The notes under the pieces are model-generated. The model saw only the letters and a program-made list of their open reading frames with translations. It was not told the DNA's origin and searched no databases. Made by a program: the position numbers and the translations under genes. A stretch of 64,000 nt of DNA from Chrysomallon squamiferum (lineage: Eukaryota; Animalia; Mollusca), in the NCBI GenBank assembly GCA_012295275.1, contig CM022672.1:19468001-19532000 (forward strand), read 5' to 3'. How positions within the stretch are numbered: the stretch's first letter is position 1; each line of letters starts with the position of its first letter. This document shows, piece after piece, positions 14,501 to 29,387 of the stretch.

Positions 14501-17500
14501 AACACAGCACTGGGAAAAGATGCAAATGAATGTAAATACCAAAGATTATCTAAGATTTACACAAATGCAGACTTGAATCTATTCTTCAAATGACATTAAA
14601 TATCAGACCAGACAGCTAGATTCAGTTAAATTACAAGTGAAATGCGGGAGCAAATGGCTAAGCTGAGAAAAGCACTGCTTTGAGCCATTGCTGTTGTGTT
14701 GTTAGGGTTTAGGCACTTCTGTATATAAATTTCATATATTCATTTCTAACAATTTATTAGCCCCATAACAATCTGCCTGATAGGAGCAGACCCACATTTG
14801 TGAGACACAGCATGGTATGTGCACAAATGAACCTAATTCATTTAATGTAATATATACAAGTCTTTCAATATTTGTATTATTTTTTTTTTTTTTCATCAAT
14901 AATATTGTTAAAAACATAAATTAGAATTAAAGAAACTTTCCTCTGTCTTTACAAACAAATAGAAAATATATGTTAAAACCTCTTTTAAGTATTCATACAG
15001 TTATTTAATTATTTCATTTTAAATTAAGTTGATTGGTTATTATTTAATAAATCTACCTTTCCTTGGGCACCTAAATATTTGTCAAAGAACATTCCAAAAC
15101 AAGTGGTTTTTGTATAATAAAAATATGTTAGGAAACAATGCATGGGCTATTGTCTTAGATTTTTAATATTCATCTTTTCACAGACAGGAAAGCATATACC
15201 ATAGCCTTTCATAAACCAGTGCTGGAATACATGTCAACTGTGGCAACTTCATGATCTCCACATAAGGTACAGAAAGAAATATTATTACTCTAAGAACACA
15301 GCATACCAGATTAAGCAACAAAAAACAAAACAAAAAAATAAAAAATAAAATATACTTTTAAAAAAAAAAATTGAGAAAATATTCTCAAAATATATACCAG
15401 TTTAATCAACACAATTTTAACTCTCTTGGAAATCAATTCTAATGGAATTCTCAGCATTCCTTGCTGACAGAAAGATACTAATTTAATGATACAGCATATT
15501 GGACTTAAATACCTGTTTCCACTCCACTACCCTACAGCCTTATGACAGACATGGTTAAAAAGTGGGAGAGTGAAAAAAAAAAAAAAAAAATTAGGTTTTA
15601 TCATGGAATGTAGCTTCCAGCAAAGATTTCTGCAATCAGCCACCTTACAAATCGGCAACATCTTGCCAATAAGCGAATGTTCCAATTAACACAAAGGTAT
15701 CAATTTACTGGAAATTGGAACAGCAGCCTGTCTGATACACTAAATTTCTTGCAATTTAACTCTTTCCAGCTGAAGGATAAGTAAATCAAACCAAAAACAG
15801 TCCTGTTTAGCTATTTTAAATAATTTTGTTCAATACTGAAAATAATAAAAGGCATTTCGTCTTCTACTTTCAGACAGTGTGTCTCCCCCTTTTCAAAAAG
15901 ACAATTTAGGATGCAGCTAATAGTCTGAGTCAGGTCATACAAATGATACATCAAACAGAACGAAGAAAGGAAATCAGACACAGTGTTTGTGTCAAATGTA
16001 TAAAAACTACACATGGTTAATGGTTCTTAATGTCTTTCCTATTAAGACTGGGAATGGGGAAAAAAAAAAAAAAAAAAAAACATTTTCTTTTCTCCTGCAG
16101 GAAAGAGCAAAGGAATACTGTTTGATGTCATTCGTCAAGGTTGCTTCTGACTGCTTTGATATTCTGCTTAGAAAAGTATTTTTCACGTCAGAAAAAAGAC
16201 GTGACAAAAGCCTATAATTATGGTGCCACAGCTGTTGATCATCTCTGTTTAACAAGCAGTGAAATTAATAGGATTACATTTAAACGCACTAATAAAGCAC
16301 CAGAGAACAACAATTTTAGACAAGCAGATGAATAACACTGAGCTAAGGATGCATACCATATACATACACACGTGGAAAGCACATATGTACATGATTATGC
16401 ATGCACACACATACACACATGGATTAGCACATATATATATGATTATACAAACACACACATGCACACATGCACACACTTCAAGATTCACATATTAAGACTA
16501 GATACTTCAACTCTGATTACACAGCTGAAATAATGTGTACACAGATTTTCTGCTGTTTCATTACCATATGCAAACATGTGGTCAGAGAATTCGCAAGATG
16601 AGACATGTCCACTGTTGATCTAATCGATTAGAGGCCAATGGTCAACCAACTGGACATGAGCAATGTTTGACAATGGAAGCATCAACTCAACAAGTGTGTT
16701 AATCGCTTTTCAGTTAATTGGATTTGCTAAGTGCTGGGCTGGACTAACAATGGTTATAAAGCTCTGGAAATAAAACAGTATGTGTTGCAGCAAGAAGAAG
16801 ACAGGGGAATGATAACAATTACACCTGAAATTAAGAAAGCTGATGGTATAGCACTTTATCTAATGGTGCTGCCATATATGCAGTGATGGTCATTAAAGGA
16901 TGGAGTCTTCAGTCCATTAAAATAAAATGACTATCAACAGTGTTGTCAAGGTCAGAAAAGCAGCAAAATTAGCTACTGATACAAAATTAAAACATATAAA
17001 AAGCAATTGAATTATTTTACTTTCCATGTTATTACATTATATTCAGATTAGAACTAATGTAATCTGTAAAAAAAACAATTAAGTTATTTGGAAAAGACAA
17101 AGACAACATAAGAATAAACAGTAATGATGTAATTAACTTGAAAAAATCAGCTTTCTGTTATATTAGCATACAAAAAAATATATTGAAAATGAAGAACAAC
17201 ATATCCTAGGAATACAGTAACAACAATCAAATGTGATCCATTTCAGTCTTAATAAAAGGTGCATGAATCTTTTTTTTTTATTGATTTTATATAAATGTTA
17301 TTCAAGTTGACACATATTTAATTATTTATTCACGGTCAAACAGAGAAATTTCAAGAATATTTATGGGGAAAAAAGAGCTATGTCACTAAATAATTAATTT
17401 CTTCATTGACTGAACACTGTAGTGAATTTAAATCAATCTTCACTGTACTGAAACTGATACTCTCACATTAATATTCTAAGCAATACAGTCATTTCAACAC

Positions 17501-18494
17501 CAGATAGAAGACTCTTTTTTAGTGAAAACTCATTAATGAACATGATCATTAATCATGACATGGTTTTAGTTTCATGTTTTTAACATTTACAGCCCACAGT
17601 TAAAGTGTTATTCCTTCAAACCTTATGAACTTAATCTGTTTTTCGTATAAAAACATAAACACAAACATTTTATATCAATTACATTTCTGACACGAATTTT
17701 TTTTTTTTTCCATTTTTTCTTTTTTTGACATCTTATATACAGATTTTTTATTATATTATAACGGACTGCAAAAATATAAAAAAAATATATATAAAAAAAA
17801 TAAAAGAATTTCTTTAAAAATCTAGTATCTTTTCTCATCATAATTGGTAAACTATGTTGTAGTTTAAATATAAAAAAAATAATGAAAATATAAATCAGAA
17901 TTATTATAATTTTATTAAAATACAGAAAACTTGCAGTAAAGAATAAGCAATTATGTAAAAACTAAAATATTAATCTCTAAAACTAATAAGTGTTCAAGTT
18001 AATTACATGTGTATGGAATTTTAAGAACAAAACGTTTCACTTTCTATTAAGGATTACTGTATTAATTTTGATATTCATGGGTGCATTGAGATCTAGTCGA
18101 GTTGATTAATTACAGAATGAACCATTACCTTGAATTTTGAACAGTGAGAGAAATTAGGAGATAATAACTTTGCATTGATTTCCTATTAAGAGATGACAAT
18201 AAAACTGTATGGAAGTACATAACCTGAAAAATAATTAAACATAAAGGCTGCTTTATGATATTTTTGAAAAAGAGAGAGAGTGAAAAAAATGTTATTGTCT
18301 GAAAATGGGTGATTGAAAAAAGCACATAGATCTTACTCTGTTCATAAATGCATCTAGACTACAGAAGCATAATTTAAATTTAATGACTCCTATGAAATGA
18401 TATTCATTACAATAATGTGATCGAAATTTATATTTAATGACTATCAAAGAAAAAAAAAAGCTATTCATTACAATAATGTGATCAAAATTTAAAT

Positions 18495-18527
<33 letters not shown>

Positions 18528-18758
18528 GCAAAGGCTGGTGAATATGTTTAAACAAGCATTATATAAATAATTTTCTTCTAACAACTAGTACATTATATCT
18601 ACATGTTTCTATGATACTCTGGTAAAAAGAAAAAAAAATCTACCTTATTATTTTTAGCATGATGTTTTCTGCATGGTAACTTGCCATCTTGGATAAGTTA
18701 CTCTATCCATTCTCTTTAAAGACAAAATACTTTTATCTATCTTTATTCTCATTCTCAG

Positions 18759-18796
<38 letters not shown>

Positions 18797-21135
18797 ATTA
18801 GAAATAAGTTAATAAATAAAAACTGGTCTGTTTCTAAAAAGATTTAGACAGTTCTCATCAGTTTTCATTTCTGAAGAACAAGATGCTTTTAGAAGAGCTT
18901 GTGTCGGTGCAGCAAGCCTGTAGACAAATATTTCATTTCAGTTAGACACTGCATACAGGAATTATGTCAAATTACAAAGGTATTCTGTTACTTATAATCA
19001 GGAGCACACTCTGAGACTACATGTCTGTTTCGTTAATTTGACCATTTCTCACAGGCTTCAGCACAAAATTACTTCTCTCTGGTCTGTTGTTCAAACATGG
19101 TTTCTATCTGAACATTGCAGCTATGCTATATTGACTTAACAGTTCTAGGCATGGGTCAAAAGGCACAGATTCATAGTTCATGAAAAAGAGAGAAAAAAAA
19201 ACAAACAAGGAATTGGTAACTGGTGCATTTCTAAACTGTCACAGATTTCTTAACTCAACCATGTTCTGAAGATTATAAACAGAAAACAGTGCAGGATGTT
19301 TTCATATTCAAACACAGAATCTGGGAAAACGTACAAGAAAAATAGCTTGTAGAAACTGAATTAAGATTTATTACTACATATTTTCGTTTCTTATCTGTAT
19401 AAACAATAATGTTAAATAACTATCTTTACCATCTAAGTCCCTTTAATAGCAAATACATTTGGATTAAAGAAAAATTATGGAATGTGTTTTATGTATCCAA
19501 GGAATAAAAGCATACAAACAATCATAGCTCCCCACTAAACTATTTAGTAAACAAGAATAAAGGATATATTTAAACTGCTACATCACACTACATCTATTAA
19601 TTACCATTTCTAATTTAATCAGGAGGCAGGGACTTTTAAAATAATTAATATTCAAAATTGATAAATTTTCCAACAATATAATGAAAATGTGTATATTTTT
19701 AATTTAAATAAAATATTTTTACATGTTGCTTTATAAACAAGGTAAATTATAAAATGATGACAGAATAATTGCATTTATTATTATAGTTGTGAAAAAATAC
19801 CTTTACCACAAAATATATTGTCTCTGAAGCATTAGTATAATGCACAAAATGATATTGTACACAAAACACTAAACTATTATGCTGCTAGTGATCCATTTCA
19901 CAAACACAATACTGACTTTTATGAGAAAAAAAAAATGTTTCTACAAATTTATTATTAAACTCATTTTCTATATTGTGTGTTAAGTTCCATTAGAAATGAT
20001 ACTGCTGGAATGTCATCCTGTCCTGCACACTAAATGACAATCTGAAGTCTACTTTTCACTTCCATGCCATTCAAAATCTGTATAGTTATATATGAGATAT
20101 ATATAGGTTAAAAAAAAAAAGCTTGTTTAATTCTATATGTGATAATACTGGTTTGGGGGACAAAAACACAGAGAATAGTATCGATTGTAACCTTATTCAC
20201 TGCAAAACACAAAATTGGATTTATGCAATCAGTTATCAGTTACACATCTGAAACAAATTCATCAATGAATAGGCTTATTTTTCAAAAAAAAAAACGTTTA
20301 TTGCTATTTTTATTTTTTATTTATTTTTTTATTTATTATTGTTGTTTTTATATTATTTTTTATTATTATTTTTTTTAAATTTTATTATTATATTTTTTTT
20401 ATTTTTATTGTTTTATTTTATTTTATTTTGTGCTTGTTTTTGTCATTTATAAACTTGTTTTTATACATGAGAATAGACTGAATGATCCATAGATTTTTTA
20501 AATTTTATTAATAAAGCTATTTTCATTATTATTATTAAAATTAAAATAAAAATAAAAATAAATATAATTTAAAAGTCTGATAAATATGATGTTACAATAT
20601 TTTAAAATATTTTTGTATTAATATTTTTTTTTAAATTATCTTGCTCATAGATGAATTAATATATTTTTTTTAATTATTTTGCTTATAGATACACACACAT
20701 ACATACATACATGTGCACACTCATATACATACATACACATATATATAATTAGTAAAGTAAATAAATAAATAATCAAAATAAATAATAATCTTTTAATTAA
20801 TAATGTACACACACACTCACACTGCAACAGTGCAATCTGCAGAAAACACTGACACACATTACAGAGTAACTGGATCCTGTCTTAAGATGTCAGCTTTATC
20901 CTGCTAAGGTGAGCACGCTTTCAAGACAGTAAGCCTGTGCCACAAACTATAGAAATGTATCTTGTCATTATATATCTACGTACAATGACTACAGTATAAA
21001 AATAACTATACATTTTTTTTTTTTTTTTTTTTAAAACACACTAATTATTATAAAATTGTGTTAGTTTCATTTCTTCTTCTTCTAGTTTTAATGAAATTTG
21101 CCAACATACATTAGTACTCTTTACTCTTACTATAC
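1..21135 (-). other. NOS1AP: Probable large first intron of NOS1AP (continues beyond window start)
   Basis: Begins at the GT donor at 21135. No convincing coding exon seen; strongly CpG-depleted like the other gene bodies. Confidence 0.65.
11488..11566. repeat. (TG)n microsatellite
   Basis: Direct reading. Confidence 0.95.
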
Positions 21136-21243
21136 CTTTGCTTGGAAGGGAATTCCATGCTCAAAAGCATCTTCATTGTGAAGTGGAATTCTGCTGTCGT
21201 AACCATCATCCGAAACCAAGTCGTATTGTTTTTTTGACGGCAT
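21136..21243 (-). CDS. NOS1AP: NOS1AP/CAPON (nNOS adaptor, PTB-domain protein), first coding exon
   Basis: Translates [36 protein letters not shown], then a phase-0 donor AAG|GTATAG. Closely matches the recalled vertebrate NOS1AP N-terminus ([35 protein letters not shown]), with the break before the YxGSLDVPRP PTB segment. Exon 2 was not found by eye in 1-21135. Confidence 0.93.
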
Positions 21244-21499
21244 TCTGTCTCAACTCGAGAAAGTTAGTGTTTAGAACAAGGATAAAACAGAGCTCTCATT
21301 TATGAACATTTTACACGCAACAAGTATTAAACTCATTGCTCCTGGAATTTCGAAATTTACCGTCATGAAAACTTCTTGTGTTCACGGCACCATCAAAAGC
21401 GAAAAGCAGACGGCTTGGACAGAGTGCTTGGGGTTACAAAGTTTACCTGCTAAAAGCAGCTCCTCCAAAACACGAGACATAGAAAACTTGGCTCATCAA

Positions 21500-22000
21500 C
21501 CGTTCTTGTGATAAAATCAACAAACAAGATGCACTCAAACAGCGCAGCTCGAGAGAGAAATCAGCAGTTTTAAAACGCTGCACTGTGTTATGCGTTGTGT
21601 GAAAAGTCGATTACGGCAGAGAATTCCTGCGTTACGCATGCAGACAACCCAGGATAGAATGCACGCGCTGTCAAAGTTAGGAGGGGAAACCCCAACTGGC
21701 ATCTGCCAATCTCCGTGTTGTCAGGTCTTCCGATATAAATCCGGGAACTCGCATGTTAGTTAGAATTATCTTCGGCTGCAGATCGATGATGGTGACCAAA
21801 GTCGACCAATAAGTTCGCGCCTACTGATATAGCGAAACTTTTAAGATTTTTAGCAACCTTCCATTTTTCGCAAGCACTTCCGGACTTTTTCTCGTCACGT
21901 GATTTTTCTTTTTAACTTGCCGTTGGTTGTCTCAAGACTGTGTTATTGTTGAGCGGGATAGCGAACTCTCGGGCACGGAGTTTGAAAGAACCGTTATTAA
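21500..22000. promoter_or_regulatory. Candidate NOS1AP promoter/5' region
   Basis: CpG-rich stretch upstream of the ATG, with kB-like GGGGAAACCCC (21683-21693), ETS-like ACTTCCGG (21876-21883) and E-box GTCACGTGA (21894-21902). TSS not determinable. Confidence 0.5.
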
Positions 22001-22766
22001 TGTTTATCACATTACTGTAAACAGAATGGCATGCAACAGATGGGAACGCAAAGTCTTAGATATCAGTAATTTATTGTTTCAACGCATACCATACACGATA
22101 CGCTTTGAATGCTATATAACGATCACCGTGTACCATGTCTGTTTTACGGTTATAAACATTTTAACTGTAATAAAAACTTTTATTGTTCCGAAATGTGGAA
22201 TAATAAATAAACAAATAAATAAATGTTGAAAAAAAAAAAAACTGAAATATGAAACAATAATACATAAAGGAAGGTTATTAACATTTTGATTTTTTACAAA
22301 TATTACCATTTTGATACGTGGGCCATGATTTATCTTAATTTGAAATATTAATTTCAACAAGACTCTTAATCTCTCTATCTTTCTCTCAAATCTCATAACA
22401 TTTTTATTATTTTAATAAACTAGTAATGCTTTATGACAGTTAAGCTGATAATTCTGTTATTGCTTCTAAAACGTTTTCTTCTTCTTCTTCTTTTTTTTTT
22501 TTTTTTTTTTTTCTTCCAGCTTGATTAATTGGACAAAACGAAAGAAAAGAAACGATCGTCCGTTGGTGAAGCCAATATGTTGTGTGTGTCCTAAGGATTA
22601 TGCATCAATAGCTGTTAAATACTCTTCAGTGAGCAACGTATTTATCATCTTTTTTAAATAGTTTTATTATTATCTTCTTCTCTGTAAATTATTCTTTTCG
22701 TTTCAAAAATACATCCCATTGTAAGCAGAATTCAGCCTACGACAGAATGGACTGACGTTTTGTTTA

Positions 22767-22771
<5 letters not shown>

Positions 22772-22836
<65 letters not shown>
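22772..22836. repeat. (GA)n microsatellite
   Basis: Direct reading. Confidence 0.95.
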
Positions 22837-22841
<5 letters not shown>

Positions 22842-23085
22842 TTTTTTTTTTTTTTGTTTTCCACTGGAAACTCATCGTGGATTAGTAAGATAAAGTTACA
22901 CAAATACAGGCCTCATAGTCTGAAATTATTCATAAACTGCTTTTTATATTGGCTAAATAACAGCGAACATTCTAATGAAAGTACTCGCCTTTGGGAATAT
23001 TTAAGGATTCTGTTTCTTTCAAATCAGTTTATTTAGATTTACGAAAACCAATATTGCATCATGCATTTTTTTTAAATAATAATAA

Positions 23086-23117
<32 letters not shown>

Positions 23118-23906
23118 GTAGTAGTAGTATTAATTAATTATTTTATTTTTTTTTATTTTTTTTAATCAAAAGTAGTTCCTTTAAATTACATATTTATTTT
23201 TTATTTTTATTTTATTTTATTTTGTTATTCTTTTATAATAATTTCTAAAAATAAATAAATAATAAATACTATGTAAAAAAAAAAAAAAAAAAAGCATTTT
23301 CGTTTTAAATATTGTTAATACTATGTTCAGTAATTCGAAATAACTGTCTGAAGATATTTTTAAAAGACTTGTCAAACTGATTTTTTGTTCAACTGAGTTA
23401 ATAATTTTTTTTTTTTTCTTACTTGATTTTCAAACACCATTTAAAGCTGTTCAATCAATGTTGTTGAAATGGAGTCGTGGTAATGGGCATAGTTCAAAGC
23501 GAACGAGATGATGCCAACGTCGATGATGTGTAATAAATTTTGATGTGTGCTCTTTTCCATGGTTAATTTACGTTGTGTCTCTCGCTATGAAAGTAATGGT
23601 TATTTATAAATATACCTACATTTAGACCGTATACGTAAACACGTACACGAAGGTATACGTACGTACGAACTAATAAATTACGTCATATTCACATATATAC
23701 CATTATATACAGCGTGCATGTGTATGTGTCCACCTGTACAAACTCATAAAGTTATCTCATATACTCAAGCAGACTGAAATACACATATAAATCAAATAAA
23801 ATAGATATGTACATACATATACATAAGTATAAATACACACACAGTCATACACACACACACACACACACACATCTATTACATTCCGGATTGGGGTTATTAT
23901 GAAGGT

Positions 23907-23960
<54 letters not shown>

Positions 23961-25494
23961 GTGTAATGGGAAAATAAGAATGAAAAAAACCAAAAGAGAA
24001 ACAAAAACACAGAAGACAAGGAAAGAAAACAGCAAAAAGGACAAAAAATAAATTTAGAAATACGACTATAAAAACAGTTCCACCCGAGTATTATTTCGAC
24101 TCCGTGGAAATCTTTACTATTAACTATCAGTATATGAAGAAGATGTGAGTAAGAAGCGTAGTATGTGAATTTACAAAAGCGACAAATTATTTCCCCCAAA
24201 AAACAGACACAACCGATAACAGGCTCAAATCTGAGTTGACTAGTTCACGGAACCAGTAATTACCGACGGAGCTAATGTTCTCGTGCTCGGAACGGCTCGT
24301 TAAGTACGAACTTGCTACGTAGTTCCGTTCTACACTTCGGCGCTGTAAGTATATAGGCGCGTGCGTGATCAATTCAAATGTTGTAGAGAATGTCGCGGAA
24401 TTGTTTTAACGTCCGCGATAAACTGGGTTATAGAATAAAAAGTTTTTTTTTTTTTGTTTGTTTGTACAGTAGATTGAGATCAATGGGAAAAGTCAATTTC
24501 TATATAAACAGCTAATAAGACTGCGAAGCCGTGTGAGCGGAACAAGTGACATCTTATTATCCCGGGTCGCACACTTCGGTTTGGATTGATTTCCTGTCGA
24601 AACTAACACCAACATTCGTCAATAACAGATGATAGAAAAAGAAATGCATTTTTCCACATTTTTATTCAATTTAATTTTTTTTTTTTTTTATTTTATTTTA
24701 TTTTATTTTTTTTTTTTTTTAAATAGAGATTTTGAATTTTCAAATTTAATTTAAAATTAGACAAACGCCTAAACGGATAATGAAACTCTGACGCAGGTCC
24801 TTATTTAATATTAGCAAATTAGATTTTGTTTATCTTCCAGAATTTATTTTCACTAAAAAAGCTCAGACTTTAATGAATTTCAGATAGGAGATCCCATAAT
24901 AAAATAAGACACAAAGTGAAAATAAACAAAATATAATAATAAATCATTATTTTTGTTTTTTTTAACCTGGTTCAGGCAGCGCGTTACATAACCGTAAAAC
25001 TATCATGCAGTGATTGAAGATTAAGTAAATTCATTAAACAGAAGAAAAGAAAACAAAAACAAATATAAATCGATGGGGAAAATACATTTAAAAAAAAAAA
25101 AAAAAAAAAAAACAACAAAGGGGAGTAAAGCCTCCTCCCAGAGGTTTCTAAGTACGAAATTACGCATGTTTAAAAGTCACAGACACGCAATAATTATGTT
25201 CGGTTGTTCGGTAAGTACTAAGTCAACACTGCGTAATGATAAACATTTGAAAATAGCTGGTATTAAGTGATTATAAATAGTGATTTTGTCTTCATGGATG
25301 CGCTGTGCTGCAGGTATTGTCGTCGAGTTGCTTGGCTGTATCGACTATCGTGTTTGTCGTACATCAAATATTTACCTTCTCCAAGTTCGGTTGGGCGAAT
25401 AACAATGAATTTAATGATGTGTATAACAGTGCTAGAAATAAATAATTCAAGCTTCTGTTTGTTTTGCAAGGTAAAGCACGAGCGATTTTATTTC

Positions 25495-25495
<1 letters not shown>

Positions 25496-25553
<58 letters not shown>
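25496..25553. repeat. (CT)n microsatellite followed by (TCGA)n
   Basis: Direct reading. Confidence 0.95.
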
Positions 25554-25556
<3 letters not shown>

Positions 25557-26587
25557 CGATCGATCGATTTAAATATTTATTAATTTGTGTTATTGTAATT
25601 AATCTATGAAGAATTAATGTCTTGAATGTATATTTATATTAACTGTTATTAATGGTTTATGATATAGTCGCATCTAGTACTTAAACATTCTTTAATAGTA
25701 ATTTTGGTAAAATTTAATTCACTTACTGTTTATATATTTGAAATAAAAAAATATTAACAACTCTGTATATAAGCTTGTTAATAATACAAATATTAATGGA
25801 AGTAATGGTCAATAACGGGTCAGGCGATTAAACCTCTTACCATACAGAGCCGATAATGGGCATCTCTAAATCTCAAGATTTCTTGGGGTAAAAAAGGTGG
25901 AGATACAAGTATAGGCATCTGGCTTAAATTCAACCTAATTTTTGTCAAATTATTTATTTATTTATTTTTATAATTTTCTTTATTAACTCACTTCTTGTTT
26001 GAAAGTTACATCCATCACAATTATATATGGACTCCGTTTTCTGAATCTTGGTTCCACTATAAACCAATCTGTTACTTCGACAATAAAAAAACCCAACAAG
26101 AGAATATCGAATTCAGATCTTGTTAGGATAACAAAAGAATGAAAACGAAAGGTAAAACAGCCATCCGTTGATGATGGTTTCTTATATTCTTATTGTCAAC
26201 AGTTTGCACTGGCTGTCACACAGAAAATCTGATAAAAGGGGGAATTAGAAAAAATCATTAAATCAGTCTAGGCCACGTCGAAAACGTTTCAGTCCGTCGA
26301 CCATTTCCACGTCACTATGAACAAGACGTTTTTCATCAGCTATTAATTTACAACTTCATTAAGACCGAGTTTTATATGATGTCGAGAAAAATTGGGTTCT
26401 TTACATTTGCGGTGCAAAATTGCTACGGCTTCAACGTGGATTTTCGCCATTAACGCGTCTTTCATACGACAGAATGATTTTATAACAATTCGTCTTAGTA
26501 ACGGCGTCGATAAAGAGACAGAAGTGAATTGAATTAAAGTGAACACTTTGAAAGTGAACGATACACATTGTTTTATTTTCAACTTCT

Positions 26588-26626
<39 letters not shown>

Positions 26627-27839
26627 GTTGTTGTTGTTGTGGTTGTTGTTGTTGTTGATGCTGATGATGTTGCTGTTACTGAGGTGGTTGTGCTTGTTGT
26701 TCCTAATTAGGAAATAAATCATACAACAATCATCAGGCCTTTTACATTTTAATGAATATAGAATAACTCATCAGTAACAAAACATACGTCACAAAAATAC
26801 GGACATTCAAAGTTACATTTTACAGTAAGGTAAATTAATTATTTTTAAAACTGAAAAGAAAGAAAAAATATGTAACATTCCGTGCCTGCAAAATATCTTC
26901 TGCGATGATTAATCTGCCACTACGTCACGTTAGGGACACCTAATCTAATTTCTGACATTTTATTGCTGAAGATTTCTGTCATGATGGAGCCAAGGGACAT
27001 AATCGGAATTCTCTGTCAGGAATTCGTTGGACGCGATCGTTTCCTAACCCAGACGCCGTACCCACATGAGAGCTATCAAAATCCCTTGTATCCAGAAATC
27101 AGCGAGTGGTACGTGTTGGTACCATAGTGAACATTCTTTTTTGTCTGCTGGGAGGTATAAATGAATGTAGTCTTGCTGTCAATCATTAAATACAATTCGG
27201 TCATGGCTTCTTGCTTTTAAATTCAGATTTTTTTTTTTTTTTTTGTTTTTTTTTTCTTCTTTTTTTTTTTTTTTTTCTAGGTTTTGATAAATTAATTTTC
27301 CTTCTCGTAACAACAACAAATAATATCAACAACAACAACAACAAAAAAACAGCGATAATAATAGTAATGCATTGATTTCATAGAGGAAAACTAAGGAAAA
27401 ACAATGATGGATGATAAAACCTTCGTTGCTCAATAACAACAAAATAAAAGAAAAAGAAAGAAAGATGATAAGAAGAAGAAGAAGGAGGAGCAGGAGGAAA
27501 GAAAGACTGCAAGAAAAAAAAAAATTCAAACAAGAAATAAAAAAAAGAACCAAGTTTTAGTCAGTCAGCATGGAAATTAGATTTTGTTCCTCTTCGTTTA
27601 TTTCTGTTCCTTGATATCTGTCATTTATCTTTTATCCGCTGACTCAAGAAAAACATCTTCCGTATCTGCTGGATCAGGGATCTGTACCATCTCATCAGTA
27701 ATTTATTTATATCTCTTACTACAATAGTAATAACACTACTACTACTACTCTACTACTACAACTACTACTACTTATATGATTATTATTATTATTATTATTC
27801 TCATCATCATCATCATTATTTATTTATTTTATTATTTTT

Positions 27840-27876
<37 letters not shown>

Positions 27877-28691
27877 GTAACTAGAATATTTCTCGTTGTT
27901 AGATCAGAAATTTATCATTATTTCGTAAAAAGATGCCAATCTTTAAAATTAATAAGTCGATTTTTTTATTCTCTCCCCTTTTCAACGGAAGATACAATGC
28001 TTCTGAACGATCGTACTTATCTATGAAATCGTTAGGAAATTGGAAGTCCCCATTTTGTGATTTATATTTAAGAAAAATATACATCAACTGGTTTATCTTT
28101 CTAACAGAGCTATCACCAGCTGCAGTTCCATTATGTTCACCTGACTGATCCATCGTTACAACTGCGTTTTCTATCGGCTCCAATCCCTTGACCAATATGT
28201 CACAGATAAATTTCCCATTCATCCTTTGAAAGAAACTTCTACATTATTCTTCCGTATCGCTGACCTTTGCTTTGCCCGTTTCTTACAGTCCTGCTGCCGA
28301 CCCCTCGCCAACTTAGAGATTTTCAAAATGCAGTAATTATATTCCCGCAATTCTAGCTTTTTTTGATTTCACGGTCAGTAAGGCAGACTTGAAAAGGCGT
28401 AAAGAGTTGTGTTACTTTGGAACCATAATGTCAAGTGAAGAATGAAAATAAATCACTTTTCTTTGACGCTGTCGTAACAGGAAATTGCAAATGTCTGCGA
28501 CAGACGAAATGAAGAAACGTGTTTCTGCCTCGGGCTTTACAACGGCTTATATATTAGAAACTCGTCGACTGTCTTTCAGAACGTTTTGCTTGTGTTAGTA
28601 CTAGCTGGTCGTGTAGTTTCTTCACGTTTTTGTTACGTGTTGTATGTTGGTGTTCGTGAGAATGTGGGTACTGCGCGCGCCACACTGGGAG

Positions 28692-28791
<100 letters not shown>

Positions 28792-28985
28792 GTTACAGAT
28801 ATTAAATTTTTTGTTATAAAAGAAAAATTAATGAGTCTGGGAGACGAACTACGTTCCCATGTTCGGTCGTTGTCATTAAAAGCAACCAAACATGTTTTAA
28901 AAATAAAGCAGCTACTGTAATAAGAAAAATTAGTAAGAAATTTCTACTGCTTCTAATCTAATAATCTGTTTCTACGTTCACCGAG

Positions 28986-29019
<34 letters not shown>

Positions 29020-29040
29020 ATACCATTTTACCATTTCACG

Positions 29041-29387
29041 CAATGCCGGATTTATTGTGCTAGTCGCCCATAGGCTATAGAAATTTTACCGCCCCCTCTT
29101 CAAGCCCACTTAATCCCTTCCCACTTTGTTTATTATATAATATGAAATATATGATTTTTTTTATAACTTACGGAAAAGCGAATAAATTCTTACTGAAAAA
29201 GCGCATACCTCAAAAAATATCAGTATTTTTACAAAATTTCTGTCCTATAGGTATTTACGCGCAGAACTTAGCATAAAGTCTCTAAAAAAGCGACACTGAC
29301 CAGTAACAATTTTCACAAACTGCCGCCCCTATCATCCTGCCGCCCTAAGCTCTAACCTAGAAAGCCTATATGGGAAATCAGGCCTTG
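29041..29387. mobile_element. Non-autonomous hAT-type DNA transposon (MITE)
   Basis: Imperfect TIRs CAATGCCGGATTT ... AAATCAGGCCTTG, flanked by a perfect 8-bp target-site duplication ATTTCACG (29033-29040 and 29388-29395). 8-bp TSDs and CA..TG termini are typical of hAT elements. Confidence 0.85.
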
